DNA of 63,035 nt, filler included, from Sanchytrium tribonematis (lineage: Eukaryota), in NCBI GenBank assembly GCA_018985235.1. It is 17 parts of 17 records of this genome, joined end to end, with 100 filler letters (N's around TTAATTAATTAA, not from the genome) between each part and the next. Parts side by side here need not be neighbours in the genome. Positions count along the whole stretch, not along the records: positions 1 to 17,920 come from JADGIG010000119.1; positions 18,021 to 19,750 come from JADGIG010001217.1; positions 19,851 to 37,711 come from JADGIG010000120.1; 14 more parts are not named here. One strand, given 5' to 3'. This document shows positions 8,701 through 22,210 of the stretch, one piece after another; within the stretch, counting starts at the first letter, position 1; each line of letters opens with the position of its first letter. The notes under the pieces are model-generated. The model was given only the letters and a program-made list of their open reading frames with translations. It was not told where the DNA came from and made no database searches. The position numbers were made by a program, and so were the translations under genes.

Positions 8701-11391
8701 ATGACTTCGTCAACATCATATACTATTTCGGAAGACTTCCTGTATCAAACTTTTGAACCATTGAATGGTGATTTTACAACCTGGGCAAAGGGACTAAAGA
8801 AATTGCTAAATCAAGAGGAGGATTTAGCGGAAAAGGTCAAAGTGAAAGCCTTGTTGTACTATTTGCCACCATTTGTGCGCAGAGAAGTGATATCGGAAAT
8901 AACATCATTGGATTTTGAGGTGATGATTAGTAAATTGGAAGAAAGATACAAGCCGACAGAAGGATCGGCTGACTTTTATCATGAGGAGCAGAAAAAGGAA
9001 GAAAAAGGTGTAGAATTTGTAAAGAGAATGGAAGAATTAGGAAACAGATTGAAAGTTCCTAAATCAGACATTATGAGACAAATTAAGCTTTCTTTGACAA
9101 AAAATTTAAGTGATAGGGTTGTATCAAACTACTATCCAGATTTACAACAATTAAAGCAAGCGATCAATGATACAGAAAAATTATTAGATACAGAGTTAGA
9201 CGAAAAGAAGAAAAGAAAAGTGGAAAAGTGTAATAAATGCAATAGAATGGGTCATAGTACAGAAGAATGTAACGGACCTAGCAAGTGTTATAGTTGTGGA
9301 CAATATGGGCATAAACAATGGAATTGTCCAAAAGAAAATGAAAAGGGAGAAAGCAATGACAAAAAACCAGATAAAGTAATCAAAAGAGTGGGTTGTGAGC
9401 AGATTAAAGTAGATAAATATCAAATGTTAGAGATAGAAGGAGTTTTAACTAGATGTCTAATTGATACTGGAGCTGATATTTCATGTCTTGGAAGAAATGT
9501 AGTGAGTGATAGAAACATACCAATAGTAATAGAGTCTGGATATGTTAATGGGATAGATGGTAAAGTTAAAATCTTAGGAAGTTGCAAACTGGCAGTTAAA
9601 TTTGGAGATGAGGTTATTAAACAACAATTCACGGTGTTGGATTGTAATCAAGACATTATTATTGGAAGGGATCTAATCGCAAGACAAATTAAATGGTTAT
9701 TTGATGTGGAAAAAGAACAAAACTAATTTAACAATTCAAAAGGACAAAAATATGATTCAAATAGAAAAATGGAAGCAAGATTATGCATACGATCCTTTTC
9801 AACCTGCCAAAGTGAAGCCAATTGTAGTTAAATTAAAAGATAATGTTGATTTAGAGGAGTTACGTCAGAAACCGTTTGGTCGTTACAATAGAGATGACAT
9901 GGAAAAGAAAACTAGAGAATTAGAAGAACAAAATATACTAGTACGTCGTACATCACCTATTGCATCACCAGCTTTCTTAAAGCCTAAATCAAATGGAGAT
10001 TTTAGATTTATTGTGGATCTGAGAAAAGTGAATCAAGTAATGGTATCATGTGGCTATCCACTGCCTTTAATTAAAGATGAGTTACAGAAGTTTAGAGGAA
10101 GTGTGGTGTTTGCTAAGATAGATTGGTCAAATGCGTTTTTTGCCATTCCACTTCATGAAGATTGTTGGTGGATATATGGGATAGCAACATCAGTAGGACA
10201 ATTTGTTAGTACTAGATTATTAATGGGTGGATGTAATAGTACAGGAGAATTTCAACACATTTCTGATACAGCTTTTAAGCATATTAAAAACAAGGCATCT
10301 TATGTAGATGATATGGTCCTGTATTCAAGCAGCGTTGAGGAGCACATGGTGCTTTTAAAGGAATAATTTGGCACCGCTAGTGCTTTAAATTTGCCTATCA
10401 ATTGGGATAAATCAAGTTTTCTAAAAACTAGTGTTACTTTCTGTGGATTTACAATAGATGAGCATGGCTACACATGTAGAGAGAACTACATTATTCAATT
10501 GGAAGGAATACCAGAGCCTACTACGAAGAAACAAGTGCAAAAGCTTTTAGGAATGTTTAATTGGATTAGAGATTTTGTACCTGGTTATGAAAATTTGATG
10601 CATCCAATAAGAAAATGCTTAGTGGATGGACCGTTTAAATGGAGTAATGAAGCAAAAATTGCCTTTGATGATTGTTTATCTATTCTTAAATCAACACGAT
10701 TAATTTTCTTTGAAGGGGGACCATATGAGGTTTATACAGATGCTAGTGGATTTGAGATCGGGGGAACTGTATACGATAAAGGAAGATTATGTGGATTGTT
10801 TAGTAAAGCTTTAGGAGAATCTGAAAGAAGATACTGTACCTTCGAGAAGGAAATGTTTGCTATTGAACACTGCTTTCTCAAATTTGGTAAATTCTTTGGT
10901 AATTCACTAACTTACAGAAGCAGATATAGATAAAGACTTTGTATAAGATTTTTGTACAGGAAAAGGATACATGGAAACAATCCCAGAATCAGAACCAGAG
11001 TTGCCCAAAGCACCAGAAGCTGATAAAATCAATAAGCATCTAAGCAAAGCACACGCATATCATGCTGGTATCGTATCTATGAGACTAATCTTAAAAAATT
11101 TGAGTTGGGACGGAAAGGACAAAGATATAATCAATTTTGTAAAAAGGTGTGAGTACTGTATTGAAAAGAACACACCAAAGCAAACAAAGATGCATTTTAG
11201 GATCCCAAGACATATCGATCACTATGTAGGCATCGATTTAATGGAGATGGACTTTGAGGAGGAAGAATACAAGTACATTGCAGTCATTAGAGATATGTTC
11301 AGTGGGGTATTGCATTTAGAACTACTTATTAACAAGACACCCAGAGGAACTTGCAGGGCACTAATGAAATACTGTTCTTCATTTGGTATTC
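8701..11391 (+). mobile_element. Ty3/gypsy LTR retrotransposon A (gag, 2 CCHC knuckles, protease, RT, RNase H, integrase), disrupted
   Basis: CNKCNRMGHSTEEC, CYSCGQYGHKQWNC, LIDTGAD, FRFIVDLR, YVDD, TDAS, H...H...CEYC, VGIDL; order PR-RT-RH-INT; stop at 10364-10366 and frameshifts. Confidence 0.9.
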
Positions 11392-11950
11392 CAAATGATT
11401 CGTACAATTGGAGTAGAAAAATGGCTTATTAATTTACAACCAATCGCATTTGCTTTAAGAGCGTCAATTTATTTTTCTCTTAAACAAAGTCCATCAGAGA
11501 TGATATTTGGACTTGACATGGTTCTACCTCAATTTAATAACAACAAACGAATTTTTGAATCTCCTACACAATCTGTTATAAGAGATTTAAAATTAACCAA
11601 TAAGAAACGCATTAATCATCCATTTAAAATTAGCGATCTTATTTTATTGCGTAAAGAAGACAGAAACATGACATCTAAATGGGATACTCAACAGGAAGGT
11701 CCTTATAAAATTGTAGAATGTCATACAAATAACGCTGTAACCATCAACAAACATGGATTATTACAAAGAGTTAAGTATAGAAAAGTAATACCATGTAAAT
11801 CAAATGATGGGAAAGATGGCAGAATGTCATGAATTGACATTGGATGTGGCATTTATTGATTAATTGGATGTGAATCCAACATTTAGATCTGCTATTTAAT
11901 AAGAGATCCCTCAATAAATCAATCTATCTTTTCATTTTAGAGTCTATGTG
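11392..11950 (+). mobile_element. 3' end of a second gypsy element (B): integrase C-terminus, polypurine tract and probable LTR start (LTR end not determined)
   Basis: 11392-11456 is identical to 19686-19750; SKWDTQQEGPYKIVE GPY motif; purine tract GGGAAAGATGGCAGAA followed by TGTCA at 11825. Confidence 0.7.
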
Positions 11951-12027
11951 ATGATTTTATTTTTTTTTCATTTCGACTATTTAGAAAAATATCATATTAC
12001 CGAAATTTATGCAAGACAGTTGACAAT

Positions 12028-13297
12028 TTGACTGTTACTGAAGTTTTACAAGGATCCAAATACGGATTTGGAAATGTATTTAATGATAACAATACCGCTG
12101 CTGTTCCAGTTTCAATAAGAGGGTCCAGTTCATTTTTCAAACAGGCTAGAATGGGTCTTTTTGCTATGGTTAAGACTTTCGGATTTCCCCATTTGTTTGT
12201 CACTTTTTCCTGCTCTGAGCAAACTTGGCCTGATTTAGAAGAATATTTGCTAAAGTTTGGAAAAAAACCTAATGGAAATGAAAATATTTTCACCGCTTAA
12301 TCATTACTGCTATGAAAGATTACAAAGCATGTTTAAATACATCCTTAAATTTGGCTACATGGAGAAGTTCATTCCCCAATACTTTCAAAGATTTGAATTT
12401 CAAAAACGCGGAACCGTTTATATGCATATGTTATTATGGCTGGAAAATGAAGAGGGCCCCGATGATATATTGGGAATACAGGGCGATATTCCTTCTTTTA
12501 AAGAACAACCGGAGCTACATTTGTTAGTACGATATCAATACCACAATTGTTCCAATTATTGATTAGGTACTTAGAAAAACGTTAGCATGCAAACTAAAGA
12601 TGTAAAAATCAATGATTACCTTGCAGATTGGCTACTTAAGTGGCAAGGTAATATGGACATCAAATTGGTTTGTAATGAATTTATTTGTAATTATATAACA
12701 AAATACTGCACAAAACCAGAACCCCAAGGACTGCTGGAAGTTAAAGAAAATGAAATTACAGTACCCGTGACTACTCTGTCCATTAAGATTCCTCTCTGTG
12801 AAAGTTTAATAGACAAGAGATATATAAAGCGACCTAAAGAATGCGAACGTATAAAGAATCCTGAAGATAGACAATTACTGTCAAAGATAATTGATGAGTT
12901 CTCAATGATTGACCTCCAATTATTTGAGTACATCATGCAAATAATGCATCACCAAATGTTTCAAATTGCAAAGTTCTACTATTCGGAGATCCTAAACAGC
13001 TACCGCTTGTAAACGGATTATTTTGAAATATTCAAGAAACACATTTTGACCCAAGATTCTGAACTAACATATCTCGTTGACAATTTTTACATAATTGACC
13101 TGAAAAAGAAAAGATCAATACTTGAATTTATAAACTCCAGAATTACTCTAAATACATATAGTGAAGCTGTTCCGTATATTTATCCAACCAATAGAGCCTG
13201 TAATAATCACAACTTGCATTCAAAGTTCATTCTATTTCCTTTAATTTTAAAAACAATAAGAATAGTTACTTTGATTTGCCAAATCACTCAGCTATTA
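12028..13297 (+). mobile_element. Helitron-like Rep (HUH endonuclease) pseudogene
   Basis: RGSSSF...FAMVKTFGFPHLFVTFS...WPDL; RFEFQKRGTVYMHMLLWL (cf. EFQ.RG.PHAHILLW); WQGNMDI...YITKYCTK; many frameshifts. Confidence 0.8.
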
Positions 13298-13394
13298 AAG
13301 TGCACTCAATAAATCTTTTGAATCACGTTCCCCGAATTTACCCCATTTTAACTTCAACTCGCTTTCATCACAATTAAAACAACTATCGAACTAT

Positions 13395-14619
13395 TTATTG
13401 ATTTGATAAAACATATGTATATGCCCTACTACCTCGAGTCACAATATTTCCACCATTTGCATGAACAATTTTATTCAATCTACCTGGAATACCCAAATAA
13501 GATGCTTTTATGTAGTCTATATCCAAATGATTTAAGAATCTATCTTCAATACATTCCTATGTTATCAAATTATACCTTAAATTTCACCATATCTGACCCA
13601 AAGTATAGCATATCTTCAAGCAACATTTCTTTTACTTGACCAATGCACCCTTCAATTGGATTGATATCAGGTGATCTAGCAGGCCACTCTAAACTGTTAA
13701 TATCTGCAGCCGATAATGCCTCCAAAGATCCATCACCCCAATGAGACGACGCGTTATCATCAATAAATGCGTATGGTTCATTATGTACTACTCTATAATC
13801 CGACTGGCTATTTACTAAACTGCTAGCAATTTTGGGAATTATCTGTCTTTGATAGACATTTGCAGTTACACTTGTGTTTGCCTCAAAGAAATGTATAAAT
13901 ATTGGACCAAATTCGTAAGAAATACACATATATGCCATTATTCCACGTGAACGTTGTACCTCACCTTTAAAGTAAGATTGTTTTGAATAATCACCATACT
14001 TTCGGTACACGAATTGCTGACCTGCACTACAATTGTTTAACTCAAAATAAGCTTCATCTCCAAAGAAAATATTGGTCCAAAAGTGAATTGTTACACACAT
14101 CTTTGACAATGCATATCTATATCGTTCGTCCATTTGTCTTTGACCTAATAAACATGCTCTAATCTTGCGACAACATCTCAAATCCAAATTCTTAGCAAGG
14201 AAAGTACTCAATGTTGCTTCTGCACAGTCTAGAAAGCAATAAATGATAATAGATCTTAATGTAACAACACCTTCATTTGCCTCAATATATATTTCAATGT
14301 CTTCTTTCTTATCCATCGGTATTAGTTTTGGTCTTCCAATTCTCTTTGACTCTGAGATTGATGCATACTTTAAATAACGACACATATTATTTACTATCGT
14401 TTGACCACTATGATTACCTACACATTCATTTCCTATTTGATCAAAATTGATCAATTGATGGATGGTTACATCTGGATTTGTCTCGATCAACTTTTTTATT
14501 GTAAATTTTAATGCACCATATATAATGTCCATTCTTTTATATTCGTTTTTGGTGAATTTGTTGGTGTTATCTGGTCTTGGGACTTGTTCTAGTAGCTGTA
14601 AAAGTTCTCGCTTGCTCAT
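13395..14619 (-). CDS. DD34E Tc1 transposase, 401 aa; exons 14619-13576, 13556-13395
   Basis: GRPK, FGDEAYF, IDDNASSH, WPARSPDINPIE (34 aa between D and E); spliced exon 2 gives the Tc1 tail IPGRLNKIVHANGG. Confidence 0.88.
13557..13575 (-). other. 19-nt spliceosomal intron in the Tc1 transposase
   Basis: gtataatttgataacatag; removal extends the ORF by 53 aa with the conserved Tc1 C-terminal motif. Confidence 0.85.
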
Positions 14620-15413
14620 CTTGAAACAGTACAATGTTTCAACCCCATTGTGATTCAAAAGATTTATTGAGTGCACTTTAAGTCAAAATTCCGATTTTTA
14701 CCAATACAACAGCTTTATGTTGTTATTAGTAGAGTGAAATCTTTTTCTGATTTAAAATTTCTTCGTGATGAAGAATTTCCCGAAGGATATAATGAATCCC
14801 CTTTGAAGTTCACGGATGACTAATTAGAATTTGGGGTCGCCCTATTAGGTATTTGATATTTAATAATAAACTTTTAGAAATTGTGATACTGCGATGGGTC
14901 CAATCATATACTGTGCAAGCATTTGGAGAATATAAAGAAATGTCTTGTCCACTTTAATATCAATGAACAGTCACTTGCCGGAAGAAATTTTTGAATATTT
15001 ATCATTGAAAAAATAAAACTCTGAGTTAAATCATACTATTAAATAGTACGAAAAACCACTAGGAAAAATTGATTTGCGAACTACAGAATTCATATAAAAT
15101 TTAGATTATTTTAAGCATTTACTGATCGAAAACGGCGCAGTTATCTCGGTATCCTTTTTACTGCAGGTAATACTGAAAACCAAATTTCTGCGTGTTATTG
15201 ATAAGTGTACCATATATTGGCAAAAGTTTTGAAAATATTATCGGATTTCTTGTCAGTTTTGAGAATTACATTGTTTTTGAGTATTTTAGTGACTTGACAA
15301 TTATGACCAGCAAAAAGGGTAGAGTTGACCAAAAATTAACTTGATACAATCAGGCAATTGTACCAGTACTTTTATTAAGAAGAATAAAGCCTTGTCATGT
15401 ACGTAAATCTGAT

Positions 15414-16600
15414 ATGATGGAACTAAAATATCTTCTCCCCATTCATTTGATGATTCTCTCAGAGACTCAAAAAGATGGCAGTAAGATTAATAAATTGCCG
15501 AATCGATGCAGAGTTTTAAGCAATGTTATTTATGATAATGGTGCACGACCACATCCACATTACGGTATGTGTATAATTGAATTGGATGAAAATATTGCCA
15601 GACGTTGTAGTGCATTTCAAGTATTTCCCACACAGATTACGTCATAAATGGGTTTTATTTTAGAAATAGATCTAATATTGCTGATTTTACTAATGGACTA
15701 TTCCAACTGGACAATCAAAATCAAATATGTATTGGTGATGCCAATTATTCATTACTCTCTCCCAAAAATAGATTTGAGAGATAAGCAATAGCCACAATTA
15801 ATAATCTAAATTATGAGATTATTGAAAAAGATCATAATATCACTCGATATCCGCGTATCACACAATTAATTATCAAGAATATATTCAGAAAATTGAAGAA
15901 GATAAAATCGATGGTATTTCTAGATATATCTTTACGTAATGAATACCTATACAACAAACATCTTGTTCATTATAATTGGAGATTCAACATGCCATATCAG
16001 AATATTAGATTTAAAAAACAATCCGGAAAGATAGCTTTTCATCTATTTATTTGCACTGATTCACATCCATTTATTTCCAAATTGATTAAATGGAATTTTA
16101 AACCAAACAGCAGAAATAACTTTTGTAGCATTTGTAATCAAAATCACGCTTATTTACAAAAACGGCTAGTTTTTTTTTCTCATAATAGACAATTGCTGCG
16201 AAATTTACCAACACAGTCCATTGATATTCACAATAGATTAGTAAACACAACTATACAGTACCACATGTACCTTTGTTATTTGATGGCTATACATTATCTT
16301 GTGATGCATCACTGTCCGAGAACTATATTGGTATTGGTATTTGTGTGGTTCCACCATATTCATTAAACATTTCAACAGAATTACAATTCAAATTATAGGA
16401 TTTTAAATGACAATAAAGGATCAGTCACAATAGCTAATAACTTAATTTTTGGTCACGATCCTTCCAAATATTCCTATTCTTATCATTTTAAAGAAATTAA
16501 TAATAATTTAACGAATATTCCCGTAATTCAATGGGTAAAAGGAGATTCAGGTTATTATCTTAATGAAAGAGCTCATCAATTGGCAAAATGGTGCCATCAA
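15414..16600 (+). mobile_element. Highly degraded non-LTR retrotransposon-like remnant (APE-like and RNase H motifs)
   Basis: ILSETQ...YGMCII and a frameshifted IIGDFN resemble AP endonuclease; IQWVKGDSGYYLNERAHQLAK matches RNase H WVKGH.G..GNE.AD.LAK. Confidence 0.45.
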
Positions 16601-17920
16601 GCTCCATTTAGGCCTTTTTATTCAGTTTTAAAATATAAAGTACATTAAGAAATCAAGTTGACTTAGAATCATGCAGTAATTCAATAAAATTTTACTAAAA
16701 ACCTGGAAATCTATCCAATAAATGATAGCCTAATTTATGGCTTTGAACTAGATCCACAACAGAATCCAAATATTCGATCTCAAAATGAATTTTTGTTTCT
16801 CTCACAAACTCAGAGTAACTAACTATTCCAAAATTTACGAAGTCCAGTATTTCACGCCGAAGAATCTTATCAATACAAATAAAAATTCTAAAGTTTCTAC
16901 TCTTAAATTCCTGAAGAAAATCTCATGTGCGCTGTCATATAAAATCCGAAATTACGTTTATCAACCGTTTCGATCGAAGTAACATCATACCAGCATCATA
17001 TCAGCATCATACCAGCTTTTGTCACATGAAAAAACAGTGTTTGTCTGTATAAACAAATATGGTTCAATCCGACACCGAATAAGTTGCAAAAATTTAAACT
17101 TATCAAGGGTATAACGTTTAAAGCGAGAATCAAAATCTTCAGATGGAACCCGAGCTACAAAGTTGTATCCTTCTACCTTCTTAAAAAAATTCATCATCAA
17201 GGAAAAATAAAACGACATTCGACTTAATATAGATATGCAAACTAAGACTATGAAGAGATTTTGCTTTCAGCATTGTATCCAGAACTAAAGTCAGTTTTTC
17301 GAAGCAAATCTTTGAACATTTCGACATGGTAAATTTTGGAAACTCATTAGAATAATAACTTACGCAAGTTTAGATAAATCACAATTTAAAGAGAGCCAAT
17401 AGCTATCGAACTACAAATTTACTTGGCCCAATAAAGTACCGCATTGTATATTTTTCAAAAGATGGCCAAGAAAAAACTGCAAATTCCAGTTCGAAATGAC
17501 TGAATAATTGGAAGAAGGAGAATCTAAAGATTCAAACGAAAATACCAAAATAAATCAAATTTTCATCAGATTCATTTATTGGAACTTTTTTTTAAATCGT
17601 TATTTTTCAATCTCAACTTTTTAATAAAGTCGCAAGCAGCTTTTATATGACCGACATTTTCCAAATACTCAAATATGAATTCGTTTGAATTCTCCGAAAA
17701 ACAATGCAATTTTACTCTGCCCCCTTCAGTAAAGTATAATTGATCTTTCATATTTTCCAACTCGTTTTCAAACTGGCGCAGCTCGTCTGAAGACCAATCT
17801 TTATCTGCAATTTTTCGTCTTTGTTTGTCGAAAAGTAATACGAGTCGTTTCGTTGATCTTTCGGAATTCTGCTTCTTTTTCTTTGATGAGAAGTCACTCG
17901 TTTCTTTGCTGGTTGAGACA

Positions 17921-18020
17921 NNNNNNNNNNNNNNNNNNNNNNNNNNNNNNNNNNNNNNNNNNNNTTAATTAATTAANNNNNNNNNNNNNNNNNNNNNNNN
18001 NNNNNNNNNNNNNNNNNNNN
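17921..18020. other. Artificial contig spacer (first of 16)
   Basis: N44-TTAATTAATTAA-N44; also starts at 19751, 37712, 39541, 41369, 43196, 45023, 46838, 48653, 50462, 52267, 54068, 55869, 57668, 59463, 61254. Confidence 0.98.
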
Positions 18021-19750
18021 CATTCCAAGAACTAATGACCTCTTTAAATGGTCATCTTTCATATGTTCTAGTTTACATTGACGATATTCTTATCTTTTCT
18101 CATAATCTAGAACAACATTTATTTCATTTGGAAACTGTTTTCAAAATATTACGTCAAAACGATTTGGTTCTTAAGAAATCCAAATGCGTCTTTGCAGTCT
18201 CGGAACTGCCATTTCTAGGCTTTATTTCAACCCCCACAGGCCTAAAACCGAATCCATCTAAAATAGGCCTAAAACCGAATCCATCTAAAATAGAAGCATT
18301 AAAAGCAATTCCACTACCGTCAAGCTCTAAACTAAGATCTATTATTGGTTGCATTCAGTCGTTTCGAAGATTTATGCCACAATTGGCAACTCACCTGGCT
18401 CCATTAAATGAAATGACTTCAAAGAAAGCAACATTTCAATGGAATTCTTATTTACAACACCAATTGGATATTTGTATTGATTTTCTTGTTAATCGTACAC
18501 TCTTATACTATCCAAATTTTAGTCTCACATTTCACATAAGAACAGATGCATCTGATGTTGGTACTGGTGCAATTGTTTATCAAATTGGTAATAACGACGA
18601 AATACATCCAGTTCACTTAACTCAGTTCAACACAACGCCGTAATTTCTCCATTGTAGAAAAAGAGGCTTTTGCTATTTGCTCAATTTTGCAGCATCTCAG
18701 ATCAATGCTTTTAGGACAAAAATTGCGAATATATTGTGACAATCGCAATGTAATTTACATGGAAAATTGTCAAGGCAAACAACTACAAAGAATGGCTTCT
18801 CAAATTTCCGAATATTAACCAGAAATTATCCAGATTTCAGGTAAAAACAATCAAGTCGCGGATTTATTATCTAGAATATACGAAACAAATGATTGTTTAC
18901 CAGAACAAGTATTTGCAATTTCAGATTTTCCATTGTCATATCAATATATTTCAGACAAGCAACATTATGATCCAATCTTGATTAAATGCATTAAATCATT
19001 ACAAGATGATAATTTCAAATCACAACTAACAATTAAAGAACAAAAGAAACTTTAATTTCTTTTGATTAAAGTTGAAGAAAATACAACAATATTGTTCCAT
19101 AAAGAACAAATATTTATTCCAAATTCAATTCAAAATGATATCTTAACATGGACACATAATATCTATCAACATCCAGGACAATCTAAATTTATTGCTATTT
19201 TGAAGCATAAATTATTTTGGGATACACTCTATAAAGATGCCAAAAGATATTGCAATAACTTTTAAATATGTAAAACATCTAAATTAAATAGTAAACAATA
19301 TGGCAAATTAACGCCAACAACAATCCATGATAAGATTCAACCGTTTGAAATACTTGCAATTGATATACAAGGAAAATTACCAACAGTCACTGATAGGCAT
19401 GGCGTGGAATATCGTTTTATTCTAAGTATTTGCGATATAAAGTCGAGATGGATTGAGCTCATACCTCTTTCTGATCATACGGCGTCTACAATATGTGATG
19501 CTCTTGATGATGGGTGGTTTAGTCGCTATCCTCGTCCCAGAGTACTATTAATTGACCAAGGAAAAGATTTAATTGGTAAAGAAATGATGGAATTAACAGC
19601 AGCTTACGGAATTAAAACAGCAACAACATCAGCTTATATGTCCACGGCAAATTCTGTCTGTGAACGAGTACATCAAACAATTAATCAAATGATTCGTACA
19701 ATTGGAGTAGAAAAATGGCTTATTAATTTACAACCAATCGCATTTGCTTT
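18021..19750 (+). mobile_element. Ty3/gypsy element B pol fragment (RT, RNase H, integrase), disrupted
   Basis: VYIDDILIFS, KKSKCVF, TDASDVG, GKNNQVADLLSR, H..YQHPG, AIDI, DQG, ERVHQT; several in-frame TAA, a frameshift and a 27-nt tandem duplication (18239-18292). Confidence 0.9.
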
Positions 19751-19850
19751 NNNNNNNNNNNNNNNNNNNNNNNNNNNNNNNNNNNNNNNNNNNNTTAATT
19801 AATTAANNNNNNNNNNNNNNNNNNNNNNNNNNNNNNNNNNNNNNNNNNNN

Positions 19851-20981
19851 TAAATTTGATCGTATTTAATGTAATCTTTGGTAATGATTCAAATCCAAAT
19901 TTATCTTGCATTCCTGAGCACATAAATAGTTAATGCTTTCGCTTGTCTTTCGGACTTGATAATTTTTTCAACTAAGAAATTCGTCTCTTTTGAACGAAAC
20001 AAACAAACATCAGCTGTGTGCAGTTCCAATATGGGAGCTGCATTGACCCCTAAATATAGGTAATATATGAGAACCAATCATAGCCATCATCAGAACACGT
20101 GATTGGTACAAGGGGTTCACAAAACAGATTAATATCGGCTCTTCCCAAATAAATATCTTACTTCACTTTAACAAGCTGCTGTACATAACTTGTCAAACCA
20201 CCCGGAATAATAATCAGTATAATGATTCTTTCTTACAATATGCTTTTACTAGCTTGGATCGATGAGATGAAGCAGAATCGATGATCAATGCTTTTGGTTT
20301 ATCTTCATCTTTTTGAAATACAGAGGGTGGAAATACTTATGGATACATTTAATAACTAAATGTTCATTGATACATGCTTCTGCAATTTCTGTGATCCAGC
20401 AGCTGTTTACAATATTTATCTTTTCCTCGCCTTTTTTAATGGATTTCTTTTTTGAAAATAACAAGTGGTTTGACGAGATCCCCATTTGGCTTGCTAGCAA
20501 TTAATGTAGTTACTCTTAAAGATGCAAATCCAGTACCTTGCATCGCAACATGTCTATTGACACGAGGTTCTAAAGTAATTCGCTTCGGATCCTCCATATA
20601 ACATGCTGTTTTATCAGCAAGAACTATCTTATTACGTGGAAAATCTCTAGTTTGCTCATTTAAGTATTTTAAAAACTTAACATTACGTTCAACTATGCCT
20701 TCATCACTATAGTCACACAAATTGGAGACATAGAAATCTCATATTTTTTTGCAATATCTACCTGTTACTTGCCTCTGCTACTTTGATAAATTTTAATTTA
20801 GTGTTTATCAAGAGCTGCATTCGTATGTGCATTTCAAGGAGTTACCCCAAAAGAGATAGAAGAAGCTAGAACATTTTTTATTTTTTTAAAGTGAGTACTC
20901 ACTATACCAATTATAACACATTTTGAGTATTTATAAAGTTAGTGAGTAGGTTACTGTATCTAATTAGAGCAAGTACTTGTA
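19851..20981 (-). mobile_element. pogo/Tigger-like (DDE_1) transposon remnant
   Basis: IVLADKTACYME...TLE...V.MQGTG....RVTTLIASKPNGDLVKPLVIFK; candidate terminus TA-CAAGTACTTGCTCTAATTAG near 20981. Confidence 0.65.
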
Positions 20982-21019
20982 CTATTCGAGACAATACGTT
21001 ATTCATTTCTGCCACTTCA

Positions 21020-21469
21020 ATCTACGATTCATCACTGAACAATTAGGTACTCAAATCTGTATTTTTGTGCTCTTTTGTCCATGCAAATCGATTGGCACGT
21101 TGAATTGGTGTGATTAGATGCATTTTATATTTCTACCTCCTTTTAATTTTCATTTTATTGGTTGTTTATAATAGAGTTTCATATCCCACTATGCTGGCTA
21201 AATGTCTGTTTAATTTCTAACAGAGTTGATGGGTTGAGTTTTTACCATTCTTGCAATTTGACGTTGATCGCGTTCTGTCAATATTTTCTTCTTTCCGTGT
21301 TTAATTTTGGAATATACTGAGTGTCAAGACTTTTGAAGTTCTTGACATCACTCACAGTGCTTTTTGGTACCTTTGTTAACCTTGAAATTTGATATACTAC
21401 CTTCTTAGCGATCAATTAAGCCAAAATGGCGCTTCTTTTGACATCAGAAATCTTTTGAACACGCGTCAT
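21020..21469 (-). mobile_element. Tc1 transposase N-terminal remnant
   Basis: MTRVQKISDVKRSAIL...ISRLTKVPKSTVS HTH, GKKKILTERDQRQIAR and FSDES, with stops and frameshifts. Confidence 0.6.
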
Positions 21470-21859
21470 TTTTTGATGTTCGTACCTCAAATCCTTTTAA
21501 TTAATATTGTGCGATCAAATATTATCGAACAGACCCATTGATTGGTAATTTCTCTTTAAAAAAATCAATTTTAAATTTGCCAAAAAAATTCAATATTTTT
21601 TGCGACTGAACGCCTTAGTTATTTGTACATTTTAAAGGCGCTAGGTAGAATAAAACACGTAAAGGTATGATCTGTGGCTTGTGAGACATCTTATACACTT
21701 GCGAAGTGCTTTCAAAGCAGACACCGGTAAAGACTTAAAAAAAGCTTTACATGATCTAGAATTTCAAAGTCTATCTTTAGAAAGAAATTTCAAGAAAATA
21801 TAACTTAACTCCAAAAACAATTCGAAACTAGAGGAAAAATTCGCAAAAAATTAAAGGGA

Positions 21860-22210
21860 AAGATAAAATGAAATTTGCAAGTATTGAAGAGATTACTATT
21901 GAAGGAATAAAGTTTAAGATGGAATGCAAAATGATTTATAATTATGAATTGATTAAAACATGGATTGAAAACCAAGAATTAAAATGTGTATTAGATAGAT
22001 CTCCCACATTATTAATAAACTGTTACAAAGCAATGTGAAAAGGAAACGGATGAGTCAACAGATATTCTACATAATCCATTAATATTGAACTAGCAAATTC
22101 AGCTGAACAACACATTTATGATGTTAGAAAAAAATCTGCAAATTATACTGAAGATAATATTTTATTTATGGATGAACCTGCTCTTTGGATGGAAGTTACT
22201 TTATGAATGC
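21860..22210 (+). mobile_element. Possible second pogo-like remnant
   Basis: DNILFMDEPALWME resembles the pogo first-aspartate motif NMDET; otherwise decayed. Confidence 0.35.

Larger units (their letters stand above)
13298..14678 (-). mobile_element. Complete Tc1-family DNA transposon, 1381 bp, with perfect 29-bp TIRs and TA flanks
   Basis: AAGTGCACTCAATAAATCTTTTGAATCAC at 13298-13326 and its exact reverse complement at 14650-14678; TA at 13296-97 and 14679-80. Confidence 0.92.

Noticed and set aside
16985..17920. Short minus-strand ORFs at the end of the first contig
   Set aside because: No recognisable family; probably fragments of decayed elements
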